Shown in pieces: positions 1 through 13,385 of a stretch of 64,000 bases of DNA. The DNA is taken from the NCBI RefSeq assembly GCF_964213995.1, contig NW_027590147.1, positions 992,001-1,056,000 on the forward strand, written 5' to 3'. This stretch comes from Mustelus asterias (Eukaryota). How positions within the stretch are numbered: the first letter of the stretch is position 1; each line of letters begins with the position of its first letter. The translations under genes and the position numbers were made by a program. The notes beneath the pieces are model-generated. The model was not told where the DNA came from. It worked only from the letters and a program-made list of their open reading frames with translations, and did no database searches.

Positions 1-180
1 CCACAGTCCAAAGATGTGCGGATTAGGTTGATTGGCTATGCTAAATTGACCCTTGTGTGAGGGGGATTAGCAGGGTAAATGTGTGGGGTTATGGGAATAG
101 GGTCTGGGTGGGATGCTGTTTGGTACAGACTCAATGGGCAGAATGGCCTCTGTCTGTACTGCAGGGATCCTACGATCCTT
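1..180 (+). mobile_element. 3' part of HE1-type shark SINE
   Basis: ccacagtccaaagatgtgcgg..aggttgattggc..tgctaaattg body and gggcagaatggcct CR1-like tail, shared with other copies in the window. Confidence 0.7.
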
Positions 181-760
181 TGTTTAATTGGAGACAAAAC
201 TGCACCCAGTGTTCAAGATGCAGTTTCAGTAACGCCCTGTATAACTGAAGCAGAATATCTACTTCTCTGTTCAATTTCTCTCGTAATAAAGGATAGCATT
301 CCATTTGTGAGAACTTTGATTTATTTGAACTAAGATTTATGGGGTTCTCTTGTTTACAATAACTCCATAACTGTAAATCACACCAGGTTCCAGTGACTTA
401 ACCATGTGGCTAGAAAGAATACTTTAAACGGTGAATTCAGGAAGTTTATTAACCATTAAAAATGTAACAAGAAAGATAAAAAAGGAAAGTATCGATTAAC
501 AATGAAAGGAGAAAGTTTAGCTTTAACAATTGAACATATGAACTTATGAAAGGTTATGGGGAGAAGGCAGGAACATGGGGATGAGGAGCATATCAGCCTT
601 GATCGAATGATGGACCAGACTCAATGGGCTGAATGGTCTAATTCTGCTCCTATATGTTATGAACAGACTTCTCTCTATTCTTCTCAGACCAGGACATGAA
701 GTGATGGCTCCGAAAACATGGATAACTTGTAAAATCAACAGCTCCCAACACCTCTCTGTA

Positions 761-1030
761 GGGCACAGTGGTTAGCACTGCTGCCTCACAGTGCCAGGGA
801 CCCGGGTTCGACTCCCAGCTTGGGTCACTGTCTGCAGAGTCTGCATATTGTCCCCGTATCTGGGTGGGTTTCCTCCGGGTGCTCCGGTTTCCTCCCAAAG
901 TCCGAAAGACGTGCTGGTTAGGTGCATTGGCCATGCTAAATTCTCCCTCAGTGTACCCGAACAGGCGCCCGAGTGTGGCAACTCGGGGATTTTCACAGTA
1001 ACTTCATTGCAATGTTAATGTAAGTCAACT
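761..1030 (+). mobile_element. tRNA-derived SINE (HE1-like head)
   Basis: ggcacagtggttagcactgctgcctcacagtgccagggacccgggttcgactccc (A/B boxes), tail tcacagtaacttcattgc. Confidence 0.8.
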
Positions 1031-1034
1031 TGTG

Positions 1035-1292
1035 ACATTAATAAATGAAGTTCCTGGGAAAGTCCCCCAGTCACCGCACTCTGGCATCTGTTCGGGTAAC
1101 ACTGAGGGAGAATTTAGCATGGTCAATGCACCTAACCAGCACATCTTTCGGACTGTGGGAGGAAACCCGAGCTCCCGGAAGAAAACCAGGCAGACACGGG
1201 AACAACATGCAAAGTCCACAGAGTCTCCCAAGCCGGGAATCAAACCCAGGTCCCTGGCGCTGAGGCAGCAGTGCTAACCAGTGTGCCACCAG
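1035..1292 (-). mobile_element. tRNA-derived SINE, inverted copy of the neighbouring element
   Basis: Reverse complement matches 761-1030. Confidence 0.8.
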
Positions 1293-1639
1293 GCCACCCT
1301 AACAAGTATTGTTATGTTTTTTCTATTCTGTTGGCCTCAGAAGGCAATATCTTATAATTCCCACACATTTTAACCATTCTTTATATCTTTATAATTCTAA
1401 ACGTCATAAACGTTTGTGTTCAAATTTACATTTCCAGCCTAACATCTGTATTAATGAATCATTTATTCTTTAATTGTCTCTCAATTCAGGCTGTCCATTT
1501 AACTAATCTCCTGCTTTACAATTGTGGGAACTTCAGTCCACAAATAAGGTAGTAGAATGCATTGTTAAAAGCAGGATGTTCTTTATATAAATAAATAACA
1601 AACTTTAAAAAACAGTGGCAAACAAAAGGAAACAGGAGC

Positions 1640-2960
1640 ATTGGAACCAGCCTGGACTTGCAGACTGAAACCCCGCCCAAAGCCCAGACGTGCTCAGAAG
1701 GGAGAGAGGTTGAGAAGAACACTCTGTAACACTTCTCCTCCCCTTAACTTTCAATCCCCCATCAGGACAGAAATACAACAAAGTAATGTCTTTCACAATA
1801 CGGAAGTCTGTCAGGAGCTTTGTGGTTGCATTGCGACCTGTACAATACCACTGGTAAATCTTGTAATGGTGGATCTGGAATGGGAGATGAAGAGGTAGTT
1901 TGAGAATCTGTACATGAACATTCCTCTTCCACTCCCACAGCAGAGTCAACTGGCAAAGCTGGAAACACAGGAACCACTTCCTGGTGAACATCCACAGCAG
2001 CATGACCCTCTGCCATGTTCTCAGTAATGGTTGCTGACTCTGAAACTGTTCCTGACTCAGGGTCACACCGCAAGTGAATATGGTCTTGGTGTCTGCGAAC
2101 AACTCTTCCATTTTACAGTCTCACCACCCAAGATACTGGACCACTTTGGTTTAAAAGTATTCCCGGTAACCACCTTTGGTTACTCCCAAAGTTTCTGATG
2201 TAAACCTGATCACCCGGTTTGAACTGCCTCTCTTTGGCGCGGTAGTCATGTCCCTCCTTCTGCTTCTCTTGTCTCCTGCTCACTTTTGCTCTGTGATCTG
2301 GATGAAGCAGATCCAGATGAGACTTCAACCTTCTACCTAAAAATTCCACAGGAGAGAGTCCGGTTGTGGATTGTGGTGTGATGCGAAACTGGAACAAAAA
2401 TCTTGAGAGCTTGTTCTTAAAGTATCGCCTGCCATTCTCTTCAATCCCTCCTTCAAAGTTTGAACAGCTCTTTCTGTGAGACCATTTGTACAGTAAGTAG
2501 TTTAACAACACCAGGTTAAAGTCCAGCAGGTTTATTTGTTAGCAAATGCCACGAGCTAACAAATGCATTTGCTAACAAATAAACCTGTTGGACTTTAACC
2601 TGGTGTTGTTAAACTTCTTACTGTGTTTACCCCAACGCCGGCATCTCCACATCATGAAGACCATTTGTAGCCAGATGAAACGATGCAGTACACACATGAC
2701 GTAGACCATTCCTTTACAGGAATTCCTGAAACACCTCACTTGTAAACAGAGTGTTGTTATCTGAAACAAGCCAATCTGGTAACCCAGGGCTTGTGAAAAT
2801 TTGTCAGAGCTTCTCTATTGTCACAGGAGCTGGAATATTACTCATGATCTGTGCTTCCAACCATTTTGAATGCACCATTTACAACGACCAAACACATGTG
2901 ATTCATGAAAGGCCCCCCAAAGGCCACATTTAGTCTGGACCACGGCCTATCAGGCCACTC
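1640..2960 (-). mobile_element. Gypsy-like LTR retrotransposon integrase remnant, interrupted by a Penelope-like repeat
   Basis: ORF 2113-2511 LSRFLFQFRITPQSTTGLSPVEFLGRRLKSHLDLLHPD..FKPGDQVYIRNF..WLPG resembles the integrase C-terminus of Gypsy elements. Confidence 0.7.
2490..2652. mobile_element. Palindromic Penelope-like repeat remnant
   Basis: acaacaccaggttaaagtccagcaggtttattt followed by its inverse aaataaacctgttggactttaacctggtgttgt. Confidence 0.65.
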
Positions 2961-4794
2961 CCAAGGATGAAGTGGTAACGTACCCAGTGTGTTGTGCCTG
3001 ATTCAATTGACAAACAGTTTATTGAGTTACGCCGGTGGGGAGAAGCCACAGGGGCTGACCATGTGCAACTCCACCCAACAAAGAATATCATCAATTCTTA
3101 TCCAGTTACTCAGCTCATCCCGGCTGGACACAATCCAATCAGAATGGTTATAGATTACATACATTATAGGTTCAATAAAATTAGTATCTGGGCATTATGG
3201 GGCTTTGTGATCATCTCATGGACAGGTGCCCCCATCATGATGCTTTCCAGACCCCCCCTTCGGGGGGGGGTCTTTCTTGGGTTTTCTTTGTACATAGACT
3301 CCCTTAGTTAGAAATGGGGTGGATTAAAAGTTCTCAAATGGACGCAGCATCCTTCCTTTGTTTTAATCGAATGACCACATGGTCTGGGAATCATTTCTAT
3401 TTCATGCTCTCTCTTTTTAAACTCTTTTCTTCAGTATCCAATTCCAGAATTTTCCTTTTCATTGTGTTATTTGCGTCAGGAATAAATCTATGGACCTGAC
3501 AGGAAGTTTAACCCAAGATCAATCCAACACAGGATTGGTCAGAATCATTTCACGTGTCAAATTTTAAATAACCATTACAAATTAAAACTCTCATTCTCAC
3601 ATGGGTGAATTGTATCCGGATTAAAATTCCCACATGTTGAGTAAAATATCCTGGAATCCTGTCTCTGGCCAGTAAATATGGCTCCAGGTTCATAACTTCT
3701 GAACAAAAAAAGTTTGATTGATCACACTTCCTTTTTTAAAAATCTGTTTGATTTAAATACCAGACAGAAAACCTCAAAGCTTGAAGCATTCATCCCACAA
3801 ATATCATCCACACACAAACAGAGAAACTTAGCATGTGCTTTACAACAACAATAACCAAAATTAATTACTGAAGTGTTCTTGTGATTCTGTTTTTAAACTT
3901 CCAAAAATGCCTTTAATTAAAGACTCAAGGTGAGGTTAATTCCCCAGAAAGATAAACCTTAACAAATGTAGCCCAAAACAATGATAAAACATATCTACAA
4001 ACATCCACAGAAAACAAACAAAACACACAGATTCTCACAGCTCGTAAATTTCAAACAATGAATCTTCAGCATTCTCTCTCGCAGCTGTAGCTTCTTAAAG
4101 CGACAGAGCACTACAAGCTCACAACTCCTTGATTAAAATAAGATACAAGATCCTTCATTATAATTGAACCTTTTTAAAGCCAACCGACAAGGACTGATTT
4201 TAGAGGCAACATCTTTGTTGATTTAAAATCCCAAACACGTTATAGCCAAACACCGGCAAAATCTTTGTTCTTTATCTGGGGATAAAATTCTCAGTTATTC
4301 CAAATTTCTCCAGGCGATGCTTAATATTTCCGCATTTAACTTATTCCCAGAAATCCTCAGTTATAAACTAAAATAGACACGTGTTTCCGGGCAGTCACAG
4401 GAATGTGGTCAAGATAGTCCAGTCCCACAATGCCTCACATTCAATCTGCAGTCCTTCAATTATAACAGAATATGTGGCTGGATGTAGCTGCCTCGGCCAT
4501 GGTCAACCCCAACCCCAAGGGTGCCTTCTTGAACTGCTGCAATGCCTGAGGTGTAAGTACACCCACAGTGCTGTTAGGGAGCGATTTCCAGCTACACATT
4601 CCAGACTTTCACTAGCCTGCAGGTGGATATCAGATTGATATATTCCATTCAACCACACCCAAGGTGAGTTATTCCAATTCCGTTATTGTCCAGGACAATA
4701 TATTCACAATATCTTTAAAACAGAAATTAAACATTCCCATTTGATTTCAGGTATTAACATATTCTGTTAGTTTGTTCTTTATTGTCAATGTCAG

Positions 4795-5140
4795 ACTGGG
4801 GTTGTTTTCCTTGGAGCAAAGGAGGTTGAGGGGAGATTTGATAGAGGTGGACAAGATTCTGAGAGGTTTAGATAAGGTGGACAAAGAAAAGCTGTTCCCA
4901 ATAGCTGAAGGGACAAGACGAGGGGGACACAGATTTCTTGTTTTGGGTCAGAGATGCAAGAGGGGGAGTGGGGGGGGGGGGGGGGGGTGGAGGGGGGGAG
5001 TGGGGGGCGGGGGGGCAATGTGAGGAAGAATATTCTGATGCAGTGAATGGTAATGACCTGAAACTCACTGCCTACGAGGGTGGAGGAAGTGGAGACCAAT
5101 AAACAATTACAAAGGAAATTGGATGGGCATTTGGGATGTT
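4795..5140 (+). mobile_element. CR1-like LINE 3' fragment with poly-G tract
   Basis: LGLFSLEQRRLRGDLIEV motif of the CR1 ORF2 C-terminus. Confidence 0.75.
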
Positions 5141-5149
5141 CCAAACAGA

Positions 5150-6190
5150 ACGAAGAACAAAGAAAATTACAGCACAGAAACAAGCCCTTTGGCCCTCCAA
5201 GCCTGCAGCAACCATTCTGCCCGTCTGAACTAAAACCCCCTACCTTTCCGGGGACCATATCCCTCTATTCCTATGCTATTCATATATTTGTCAAGACACA
5301 TCTTAAAGTCACTATCGTATCTGCTTCCACTACCTTCCCCGGCAATGAGTTCCAGGCACCCACCACCCTCTGTGTAAAAAACCTGCCTTGTACATCTCCT
5401 TTAAACCTTGCCCCTCGCACCTTAAACCTGTGTCCCCTAGTAACTGACTCTTCCACCCTGGGAAAAAGCTTCTGAATATCCACTCTGTCTTGTAGACTTC
5501 TATCAGGTCTCCCCTCAACCTCCGTCATTCCAGTGAGAACAAACCAAGTTCCTCCAACCTCTCCTCATAGCTAATGCCCTCCACACCAGGCAACATCCTG
5601 ATAAATATTTTCCGTACCCTCTCCAAAGCCTCCACATCCTTCTGGTAGTGTGGTGACCAGAACTGAACACGAGATTCCAAGTGCGGTCTAACTAAGTTTC
5701 TATAAAGCTGCAACATGACTTACCAATTTTTAAACTCAATGCCCCGGCCGATAAAGGCAAGCATGCCGTATGCCTTCTTGACTATCTTCTCCACCTGCGT
5801 TGCCACTTTCAATGACCTGTGTACCTGGACACCCAGATCCCTCTGCCTATGAATACTCTTAAGGGTTCTGCCATTTGCTGTATATTTCCCACCTGTATTT
5901 GACCTTCCAAAATTCATTACCTCACATTTGTCCGGATTAAACTTCATCTGCCATCTCTCTGCCCAAGTCTCCAACTGATCTATATCCTGCTGTATCCTCT
6001 GCCGGTCCCCATTGCTATCCGCAATTCTACCAACCTTTGTGTCGTCCACAAACTTACCAATCAAACCAGTTACATTTTCCTCCAAATCATTTATATATAT
6101 TACAAACAGCAAAAGTCCCAGCACTGATCCCTGAGGAACGTCACTTGTCACAGCCCTCCATTCAGAAATGTACCTTTGCACTGCCAACCT
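5150..6190 (-). mobile_element. CR1-like LINE, 5'-truncated, RT C-terminal half plus tail
   Basis: VPQGSVLG, FVDDTK, LVRPHLE..QFWSP, RGHRFKV motifs; tttgttct tail near 5150. Confidence 0.9.
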
Positions 6191-6438
6191 CTGTTTTCTT
6201 CTGACTAAATATCTCTGAACTTCCTAACACCCTGTCACTCTGTGATCCTTGTGACATTTGAAACCAGGTATTCACAAAAAGACTGAAAGAACATCAGCCC
6301 ACTGGAGGCTGAGACTGGCCAGTCCAGCAGAAAGAAACCCTCTGACCCTTCCCATTGACCAACTGTGAGAATGAACAAAATGCAGTCCTGGATGGAATTG
6401 AGAGCAGAAACAATAACAGCAGAATCCAACTCCTGTCA

Positions 6439-7449
6439 TCACTCATGAACTTGCTGATGTCTCAGCAGCCGGGATGAAACTCTGAATCCCTTCCCACACA
6501 CAGAGCCGGTGAACGGCCTCTCCCCAGTGTGAACTCGCTGGTGTGCCTGCAGGTGGAATAACCGAGTGAATCCCTTCCCACACTGAGAGCAGGTGAATGG
6601 CCTCTCCCCAGTGTGAACTTGCTGGTGTCTCTGCAGGTGGGATAACTGAGTGAATCCCTTCCCACACTGAGAGCAGGTGAATGGCCTCTCCCCAGTGTGA
6701 AGTCGCTGGTGAGCCCGCAAATTGGATAACTGAGTGAATCCCTTCCCACACTGAGAGCAGGTGAATGGTCTCTCCCCAGTGTGAACTCGCTGGTGTGCCT
6801 GCAGGTGGGATGACTGAGTGAATCCCTTCCCACACTGAGAGCAGGTGAAGGGCCTCTCCCCAGTGTGAACTCGCTGGTGTGCCCACAGCTCGGATGACTG
6901 GGTGAATCCCTTTCCACACTGAGAGCAGGTGAATGGCCTCTCCCCAGTGTGAAGTCGCTGGTGAGCCCGCAAATTGGATAACTGAGTGAATCCCTTCCCA
7001 CACTGAGAGCAGGTGAAGGGCCTTTCCCCAGTGTGAACTCGCTGGTGTGTCCGCAGGGTGGATAAACAAGTGAATCCCTCCCCACACTGAGAGCAGGTGA
7101 ATGGCCTCTCCCCAGTGTGAACTCGCTCGTGTGTCCGCAGGGTAGATAACTGAATGAATCCCTTCCCACACTGAGAGCAAGTGAATGGCCTCACCCCAGT
7201 GTGAACTCGCTGGTGTGTCTGCAGGTGGGATGACTGCGTGAATCCCTTCCCACATTCAGAGCAGGTGAATGGCCTCTCCCCAGTGTGAACTCGCTCGTGT
7301 GTCCGCAGGCTGGATAACTGAATGAATCCCTTCTCACACTGAGAGCAGGTGAATGGTCTCTCCCCAGTGTGGCTGCGCCGATGAACTTCCAGCAGGGATG
7401 GGTATCTGTATCCCTTCCCACAGTCTGCACATTTCCACGGTTTCTCCAT
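6439..7449 (-). CDS. C2H2 zinc-finger protein, 12 tandem fingers (last one degenerate), no KRAB
   Basis: Open frame from accATGG (MEKPWKC) to TGA; HTGERPF linkers; 84-bp periodicity; exon acceptor near 7801; non-coding first-exon donor near 9476. Confidence 0.9.
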   Translation of the reverse strand: MEKPWKCADCGKGYRYPSLLEVHRRSHTGERPFTCSQCEKGFIQLSSLRTHERVHTGERPFTCSECGKGFTQSSHLQTHQRVHTGVRPFTCSQCGKGFIQLSTLRTHERVHTGERPFTCSQCGEGFTCLSTLRTHQRVHTGERPFTCSQCGKGFTQLSNLRAHQRLHTGERPFTCSQCGKGFTQSSELWAHQRVHTGERPFTCSQCGKGFTQSSHLQAHQRVHTGERPFTCSQCGKGFTQLSNLRAHQRLHTGERPFTCSQCGKGFTQLSHLQRHQQVHTGERPFTCSQCGKGFTRLFHLQAHQRVHTGERPFTGSVCGKGFRVSSRLLRHQQVHE

Positions 7450-7934
7450 GGTGCAGGTGTCCTTACCTCTCTCTTGGGTGGACAATTAGTTGAAACTTTG
7501 TCCACACACAGAACAAGATTACAGTCTCTACCCGCTGTGAATGGTGTGATATTTATTCAGACTGTGTAACTGGTTAAAGCTCTTTAGTCAGTGCATTGGA
7601 ACACACTCACTCGAGTGTAGCAGTGTGTTGATGCTTTTCCACTCACACTGACATTTCAAATCTTTTCAAATCGACAGACTGAACAATCATTTCTCCTTCT
7701 GGATTCAAAGTCCGATGATATTGAGGTCCCAAGGAATAAGACTCTGTCAGATCGAGACGTGACGTTTGAGATTTCAGCCTGTGATTCCTCTTTCAATATC
7801 CTGTAAAATGAGTTTACAAAAGTCATCAGTGTCAGTACAGGATAGAAATTCAGAACAGACAATTTCTATGGAACATTCTTTCCTCTCTCATTCCCCAGAA
7901 GCTGTAAATCTCCATTCCACACACTCTCTCCCCA

Positions 7935-8122
7935 TTCTCAGCAGGTCTGGCAGCATCTGTATGGAGAGAAAAGAACTGATGTTTCAGAGCTTTGACAAAG
8001 GGTCATCGAGACAAGAAACATCAGCTCTTTTCTCTCCTTACAGATGCTGCCAGACCTGCTGAGATTTTCCAGCATTTTCTCTCTTGGTTTCAGATTCCAG
8101 CATCCGCAGTAATTTGCTTTTA
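7935..8122. mobile_element. Palindromic Penelope-like repeat (second family)
   Basis: cagcaggtctggcagcatctg ... cagatgctgccagacctgctg inverted arms; same family at 39245, 49340, 52050, 62325. Confidence 0.6.
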
Positions 8123-8124
8123 TA

Positions 8125-8840
8125 AGGCTGCAGATACCTCCTCCCAAGTAACATGCGTGTGCCCAAGACATCACCACTTGTTTCCCTTATTTCTTTCGCA
8201 CCCATGGTGCTCTCCGTAGTAAACACAGAGGAGAAGTATTCATTAAAAATCTCACCCATCTCCTGTGGCTCCACACACAGATGGCCATACTGATTTTTAA
8301 GGGGATCTATTCTCTCTCTGGCCACCCTTTTACTCTTAATATAGTGATAGAACCTCTTGGAATTTTCTTTAATCTTACCTGCCAGATCCATATCATACCC
8401 TCTTTTTGTCCTTCTCATTTCCCTCTTCAGTATTTTCTTACACTTTTTATAGTCAGAGTGATTCACTTGTCCCCGATTGCCTAAACCCAATGTATGCTTC
8501 CTTCTTTTACCTGACCAGAGCCTCAATGTCCCTTGTCTGCCAGAGATCCCTAAATTTACCAGTCTTTCCCTGCATCTTAACAGGAATATACTGCCCCTGG
8601 ACTCTTGATATCACACTTTTAAAACCTCCCATTTGCCAGTCATTCCTTTCCCTTCAAACAAACTCACGTAATCGACATCTGCTAGATCCTGCCTAATGCC
8701 CACAAAAGTGGCCCTGCTCCAGTTTAGGGCCTTGACCTGTGGACCTGTCCTATTTTTTTCCAGAACTATTTTGAAACTATTGGTGCTCCCAATAGTGCTC
8801 CCTGACTGACACTTCAGTCACTTGCTCCACCTCATTTCTT
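8125..8840 (-). mobile_element. CR1-like LINE internal fragment
   Basis: KIKENSKRFYHYIKSKRVARERI.PLK..G.LCVEPQEMGEIFNEYFSSVFT is a CR1 ORF2 segment. Confidence 0.8.
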
Positions 8841-9475
8841 AACTGTCTAATAGAAAGTGAGTCCAGGAATTGATGATGAAAAATAAGGAGCTGGGAGATG
8901 AATTGAACAAGTATTTTGCCTCGGTGTTCACAATAGAGGATACAGTTAAAACTCAGAAACAGCTGGAAATCAGAAAACAGAAGTGTGGGATGAACTCTGA
9001 AAAAGGACAATTCCCAGGGAAGTGGTCCTCAGCAAACTGTTGGAGCTGTGGGCTGATGAGTCCTCGGGTCCTGCTGGGCTTCATTCTCGGGTCTTGACAG
9101 AATGAGATAGTTGATGTGTTGTTCAATTTTCTATAATTCCTCATCGGGAATTGGATAAAGGGAAACCGGTGGATGCGTTGTACTTAGATTTCCAGAAGAC
9201 ATTTGATGAGGTGCCGCATCAAAGGTTATTGCAGCAAATAAAAATTCATGCTGCGGGGATGACATATTGGCGTGGATAGAAGATTGGCTAACAGCAAACA
9301 GTGGGCAGAAATGGATCATTTTCTGGTTGAAGAGAGAGAGAAACCTGGGCCAACCTTTCCAGAGTCTGCACGCTCCCTGGATTCACTTCCTTTGCCTTCA
9401 GTTGCTGCAAGTCCCCAATTTCCCCCAGAATGAGAAAAGAAATGGAAAGGATGAGAAAAGAAAGTGTTTTACTCA

Positions 9476-9980
9476 CAGATGTTGGAGACAGGGGGAAGTT
9501 TGAGTCTGTCTGAAGATCAATCTTCATTCACACAAAGCCCACGCTCTGATTGGCTGGAAGACCAGAGTCCTCCCAGTCCTTCAACTCTTCCCATTGGTCA
9601 ACACCTCAGCATGAAGATCAGAGGGTGGGTTCTCCCCCGCACATGTGCAGCTTCCCCTCTCCCTCGCACATTTGCAGTCCCAGGCGGGGGGGGGGGGGGG
9701 GGCGGGGTGCGATCACCGAGCGGCTTCTCGCTCTGGCCGGAGCCGGCAGCCAGTTGTCTGGAAACCGTGGCTGGAAGAGGTGTAGGGGGAGGGGAACAAT
9801 GGGTGGGGGCGGGGCTCCCGGGTCCGCGCGCCCGGGCCTGCGCAATGGAACCCGGAGATGTCACCCGGAGCAGAGAGATTTCTATTGGCTGATTCAGGCA
9901 GGGCTCTATCGTGACGTCACAATGCAGAAGTTGTCCAATGAGCTTCAGAGTGAAACTTCCTCCTCTGGGCAACATCTGGG
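9476..9980. promoter_or_regulatory. Bidirectional CpG-rich promoter with first exons of two divergent ZNF genes
   Basis: CCAAT boxes, GC boxes and CRE tgacgtca (about 9912); flanked by mutually inverted exon-1/intron blocks (9390-9490 versus 9968-10053). Confidence 0.65.
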
Positions 9981-10730
9981 AGGAAATCAATGTTTCCCCC
10001 TTTCCATTTCTTTCCTCATTCTGGGGGAAATTGGGGACTTGCAGCAACTGAAGGGAATGAAGTGAATTCGGTCTGTATATTCCACACATTTTTACTCCAG
10101 TAATGTAGACATTTATCTGTCTGGCAGCCTGCATGGAAATTTCCAGCTCTCTCTGTGTCCAGGACAGGAAGCAGTGAGCATGGATCTGTCAATCAGCCTC
10201 AATCAGCACCTTCAGGAGAATTGGGATGGTGAATATTAGATACAGCAGAGTGAGAATGGAGGGAGAGTGTGTGGGATGGAGATTTACAGCTTTGAGGAAT
10301 GAGAGAGAAAAGAATGTTCCATAGAAATTAGAATTGTCTGTTCTGAATTTCTATCCTGTACTGACACTGATGACTTTTGTAAATTCCTTTTGCAGGATAT
10401 CAGAAAATTTAAAGACGAATATGAAACCAAACTTCACATCAAAATCTAACATAGTCACTCAGTTCATTGGGACCTGAATATCATCGACTTTTGAATCTAG
10501 AATGGAAATGTTTCTCTGCTCTGTCTGCTTCAGGAGATTTGAAACATCAGTGTGACTGGAAAAGCACCGAGACACACACACACTGAAACATGCACACACC
10601 CGAGTGACTGTGGAAAGAACTTTAACCAGTTAAACAGCCTGAAAATACATTGCAGCAGAGAGACCGCACCCATGTTATGTTGTAACTGAACTGATTGTCA
10701 AGCCTGGAGAGTCGCAAGGACACCCGCACC

Positions 10731-11404
10731 ATGGAGAAATTGTGTAAATGTGGGGACTGTGGGAAAGGATTCAGGTTCCCATCTGCACTGGAAACTCATC
10801 GGCGCAGTCACACTGGAGAGAGACCATTCACCTGCTGTGTGTGTGGGAAGGGATTCACTCAGTTATCCCATTTGCAAACACACCAGGGAGTTCACACTGG
10901 GGAGAGACCGTTCACCTGCTCTGTGTGTGGGAAAGGATTCTCTCGGTTAAACAATCTGCTAACCCACCAGCGCATTCACACCGGGGAGAGGCCGTTCACC
11001 TGCTCTGTGTGTGGGAAAGAGTTCACTCGGTTGAACAATCTGTTGACACACCAATGGGTTCACACAGAGAGAGACCGTACACCTGCTCTGTGTGTGGGAA
11101 GGGATTCACTCAGTTGCCCAACCTGTTGAGCCACAAGGTCACTCACACCCAGGAGAGACCCTTTAAATGCTCTGACTGTGGGAGTGGCTTCAAAAGCTCT
11201 CGGGAACTGATGGTCCACCAACCCATTCACACTGACGAGAGACCGTTTAGCTGCTCTCACTGCTCAAAGAGGTTTAGGAGGTCATCCACATGGCGGAGAC
11301 ACCAGCGGGTTCACACCGGGGAGAGACGGTTCACCTGCTCTGTGTGTGGGAAGGGATTCAATCGGTCATCCAACCTGCAGAGACACCAACAAGTTCACAA
11401 GTGA
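10731..11404 (+). pseudogene. C2H2 ZNF paralogue, 8 fingers, with a frameshift near 11070
   Basis: accATGG MEKLCKC start; the frame switches in the linker cacacagagagagaccg; remaining fingers lie in ORF 10748-11404. Confidence 0.8.
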
Positions 11405-11439
11405 TTGCAGGGGTTGGATTCTTTCTCTCTCAATCTTTC

Positions 11440-11597
11440 TCTTCCCCCCCCCCTGCTCTTTCCCAGCCCCCCGCCCCCACTCTTCCCCCCCCTGCTCTTC
11501 CCCCCCCTGCTCTTCCCCCCCCCGCTCTTCCCCCCCCCGCTCTTCCCCCCCCCCCGCTCTTCCCCCCCCCCCCCGCCCCCCTGCTCTTTCCCCCCAC
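11440..11597. repeat. C-rich low-complexity repeat (gctcttcccccccc)n
   Basis: About 9 imperfect 13-18 bp units; the minus strand has G-runs. Confidence 0.85.
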
Positions 11598-11935
11598 CTG
11601 CAGGGTGGATGAATCTCTGACTCCCTTCCCACACTGTGAGCAGGTGACTAGCCTCTCCTCAGTGTGAATTCGCTGGTGTCTCAGCAGATTCGATGAATGA
11701 TTGGTTCCCTTCCCACAAGTGGAGCATATGAACGGTCTCTCCCCGGTGTGACTGCGTCGATGAGATTCCACCCCAGATGGGGCTCTGAATCCCTTCCCAC
11801 AGTCTCCACATTTCCATGGTTTCTCCATGGTGTCTGAGTCCTTGTGTCTTTCCACAATCAGTGAACTGGAACACTCTGATACGGGTGTGAGAATCTCAGT
11901 GCTTTTCCAGTCAAAACCTCTCCTTCCGATATCCA
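11598..11935 (-). pseudogene. Truncated C2H2 ZNF paralogue (about 2.5 fingers)
   Basis: [14 protein letters not shown] from ATG at 11828; the third finger runs into the G-rich tract. Confidence 0.8.
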
Positions 11936-12084
11936 CTGAAAGGAGTTTACAAAAATCACCACTGTCAGCACATGATAGTAATTCAAAACAGACAATTGTA
12001 GTTTCTATGGAACATTCTTTAAATCTCCACCCACGCCCCTCACACATACACTCTCTCTCTCATTCCATTTAGCATTCTGCAGCA

Positions 12085-12335
12085 TGGTGACACAGTGGTT
12101 AGCACTGCTGCCTCACAGTGCCAGGGACCCGGGCTCGATTTCCGGCTTGGGTCACTGTGTGTGGAGTTTGCACGTTCTCCCCGTGTCTGCATGAGTTTCC
12201 TCCCTCATTCTGAAAGACGTGCTGGTTCGGTGCATCGACCCGGACAGGTGCCGGAGTGTGACGACTAGGAGAATTTCACACTAACTTCATTGCAGTGTTA
12301 ATATAAGCCTTACTTGTGACTATTAAATAAACCTT
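12085..12335 (+). mobile_element. tRNA-derived SINE
   Basis: Same head and tail as 761-1030, internally deleted. Confidence 0.75.
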
Positions 12336-12594
12336 AAACTTTAATATACACTACCCAATTCTCCTGAAGGTGCTAATTAATGCTGATCGACACTCACCAT
12401 TTCATGTTCCTGACAGATCGTAAGAAATAGTTAGAAATTCAGCCCACCAAGCTGTTCAATTGAATTCTTTTTATTCATTTATGGGACATGGGTTGCTGGC
12501 TGGCCAGCATTTATTACCCATCCCTCGTTGCCATTGGAGGGCAGTTGAGAGTCAACCACATTGTTGTGGCTTTGGAGTCACATGTTGGCCAGGC

Positions 12595-13385
12595 CAAGTG
12601 TGAGGTATTGCACTTTGGAAGGACAAACCAAGGTAGAACATACAAGGTAAATGGTCGGCACTGAAGAGTGCAGTAGAACAGAGGGATCTGGGAATACAGA
12701 TACATAATTTCCTAAAAGTGGCGTCACAGGTAGATAGGGTCATAAAGAGTGCTTTTGGTACATTGGCCTTTATAAATCAAAGTATCGAGTATGAGAGTTG
12801 GAGTGTTATGGTGAGGTTGTATAAGACATTGGTGAGGCCGAATTTAGAGTATTGTGTGCAGTTTTGGTCACCTAATTACAGGAAGGATATTAATAAAGTT
12901 GAAAGAGTGCAGAGAAGGTTTACAAGGATGTTGCCGGGACTTGAGAAACTGAGTTACAGAGAAAAGTTGAATAGGTTAGGACTTTATTCCCTGGAGCGTA
13001 GAAGAATGAGAGGAGATTTGATAGAGGTGTATAAGATTTTGATGGGTATAGATAGAGTGAATGCAAGCAGGCTTTTTCCAGTGAGGCCAGGGGAGAAAAA
13101 AACCAGAGGGCATGGGTTAAGGGCGAAAGGAGAAAAGTTTAAAGGGAATATTAGGGGGGGGCTTCTTCACGCAGAGAGTGATGGGAGTCTGGAATGAGCT
13201 GCCGGATAAAGTGGTGAATGCTTTTAACATTTAAGAAAAACTTGGACGGGTTCATGGATGAGAGGGGTGTGGAGGGATATGGTCCAAGTGCAGGTCAGTG
13301 GGACGAGGCAAAAAAATGGTTCAGCACAGCCAAGAAGGGGCAAAAGGCCTGTTTCTGTGCTTTAATGTTCTATGGTTCTATGGTC
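12595..13385 (+). mobile_element. CR1-like LINE 3' end
   Basis: LYKTLVRPNLEYCVQFWSP..RVQRRFTRMLPG; ttctatgg tail repeats. Confidence 0.9.

Noticed and set aside
761-835. tRNA genes at SINE heads
   Set aside because: A/B boxes continue into SINE bodies; not stand-alone tRNAs
6443-7255. Long alternative-frame ORFs over the ZNF gene
   Set aside because: By-product of the 84-bp finger periodicity
9464-10134. Several 140-180 aa ORFs
   Set aside because: GC-rich promoter sequence with few stop codons; no protein motifs
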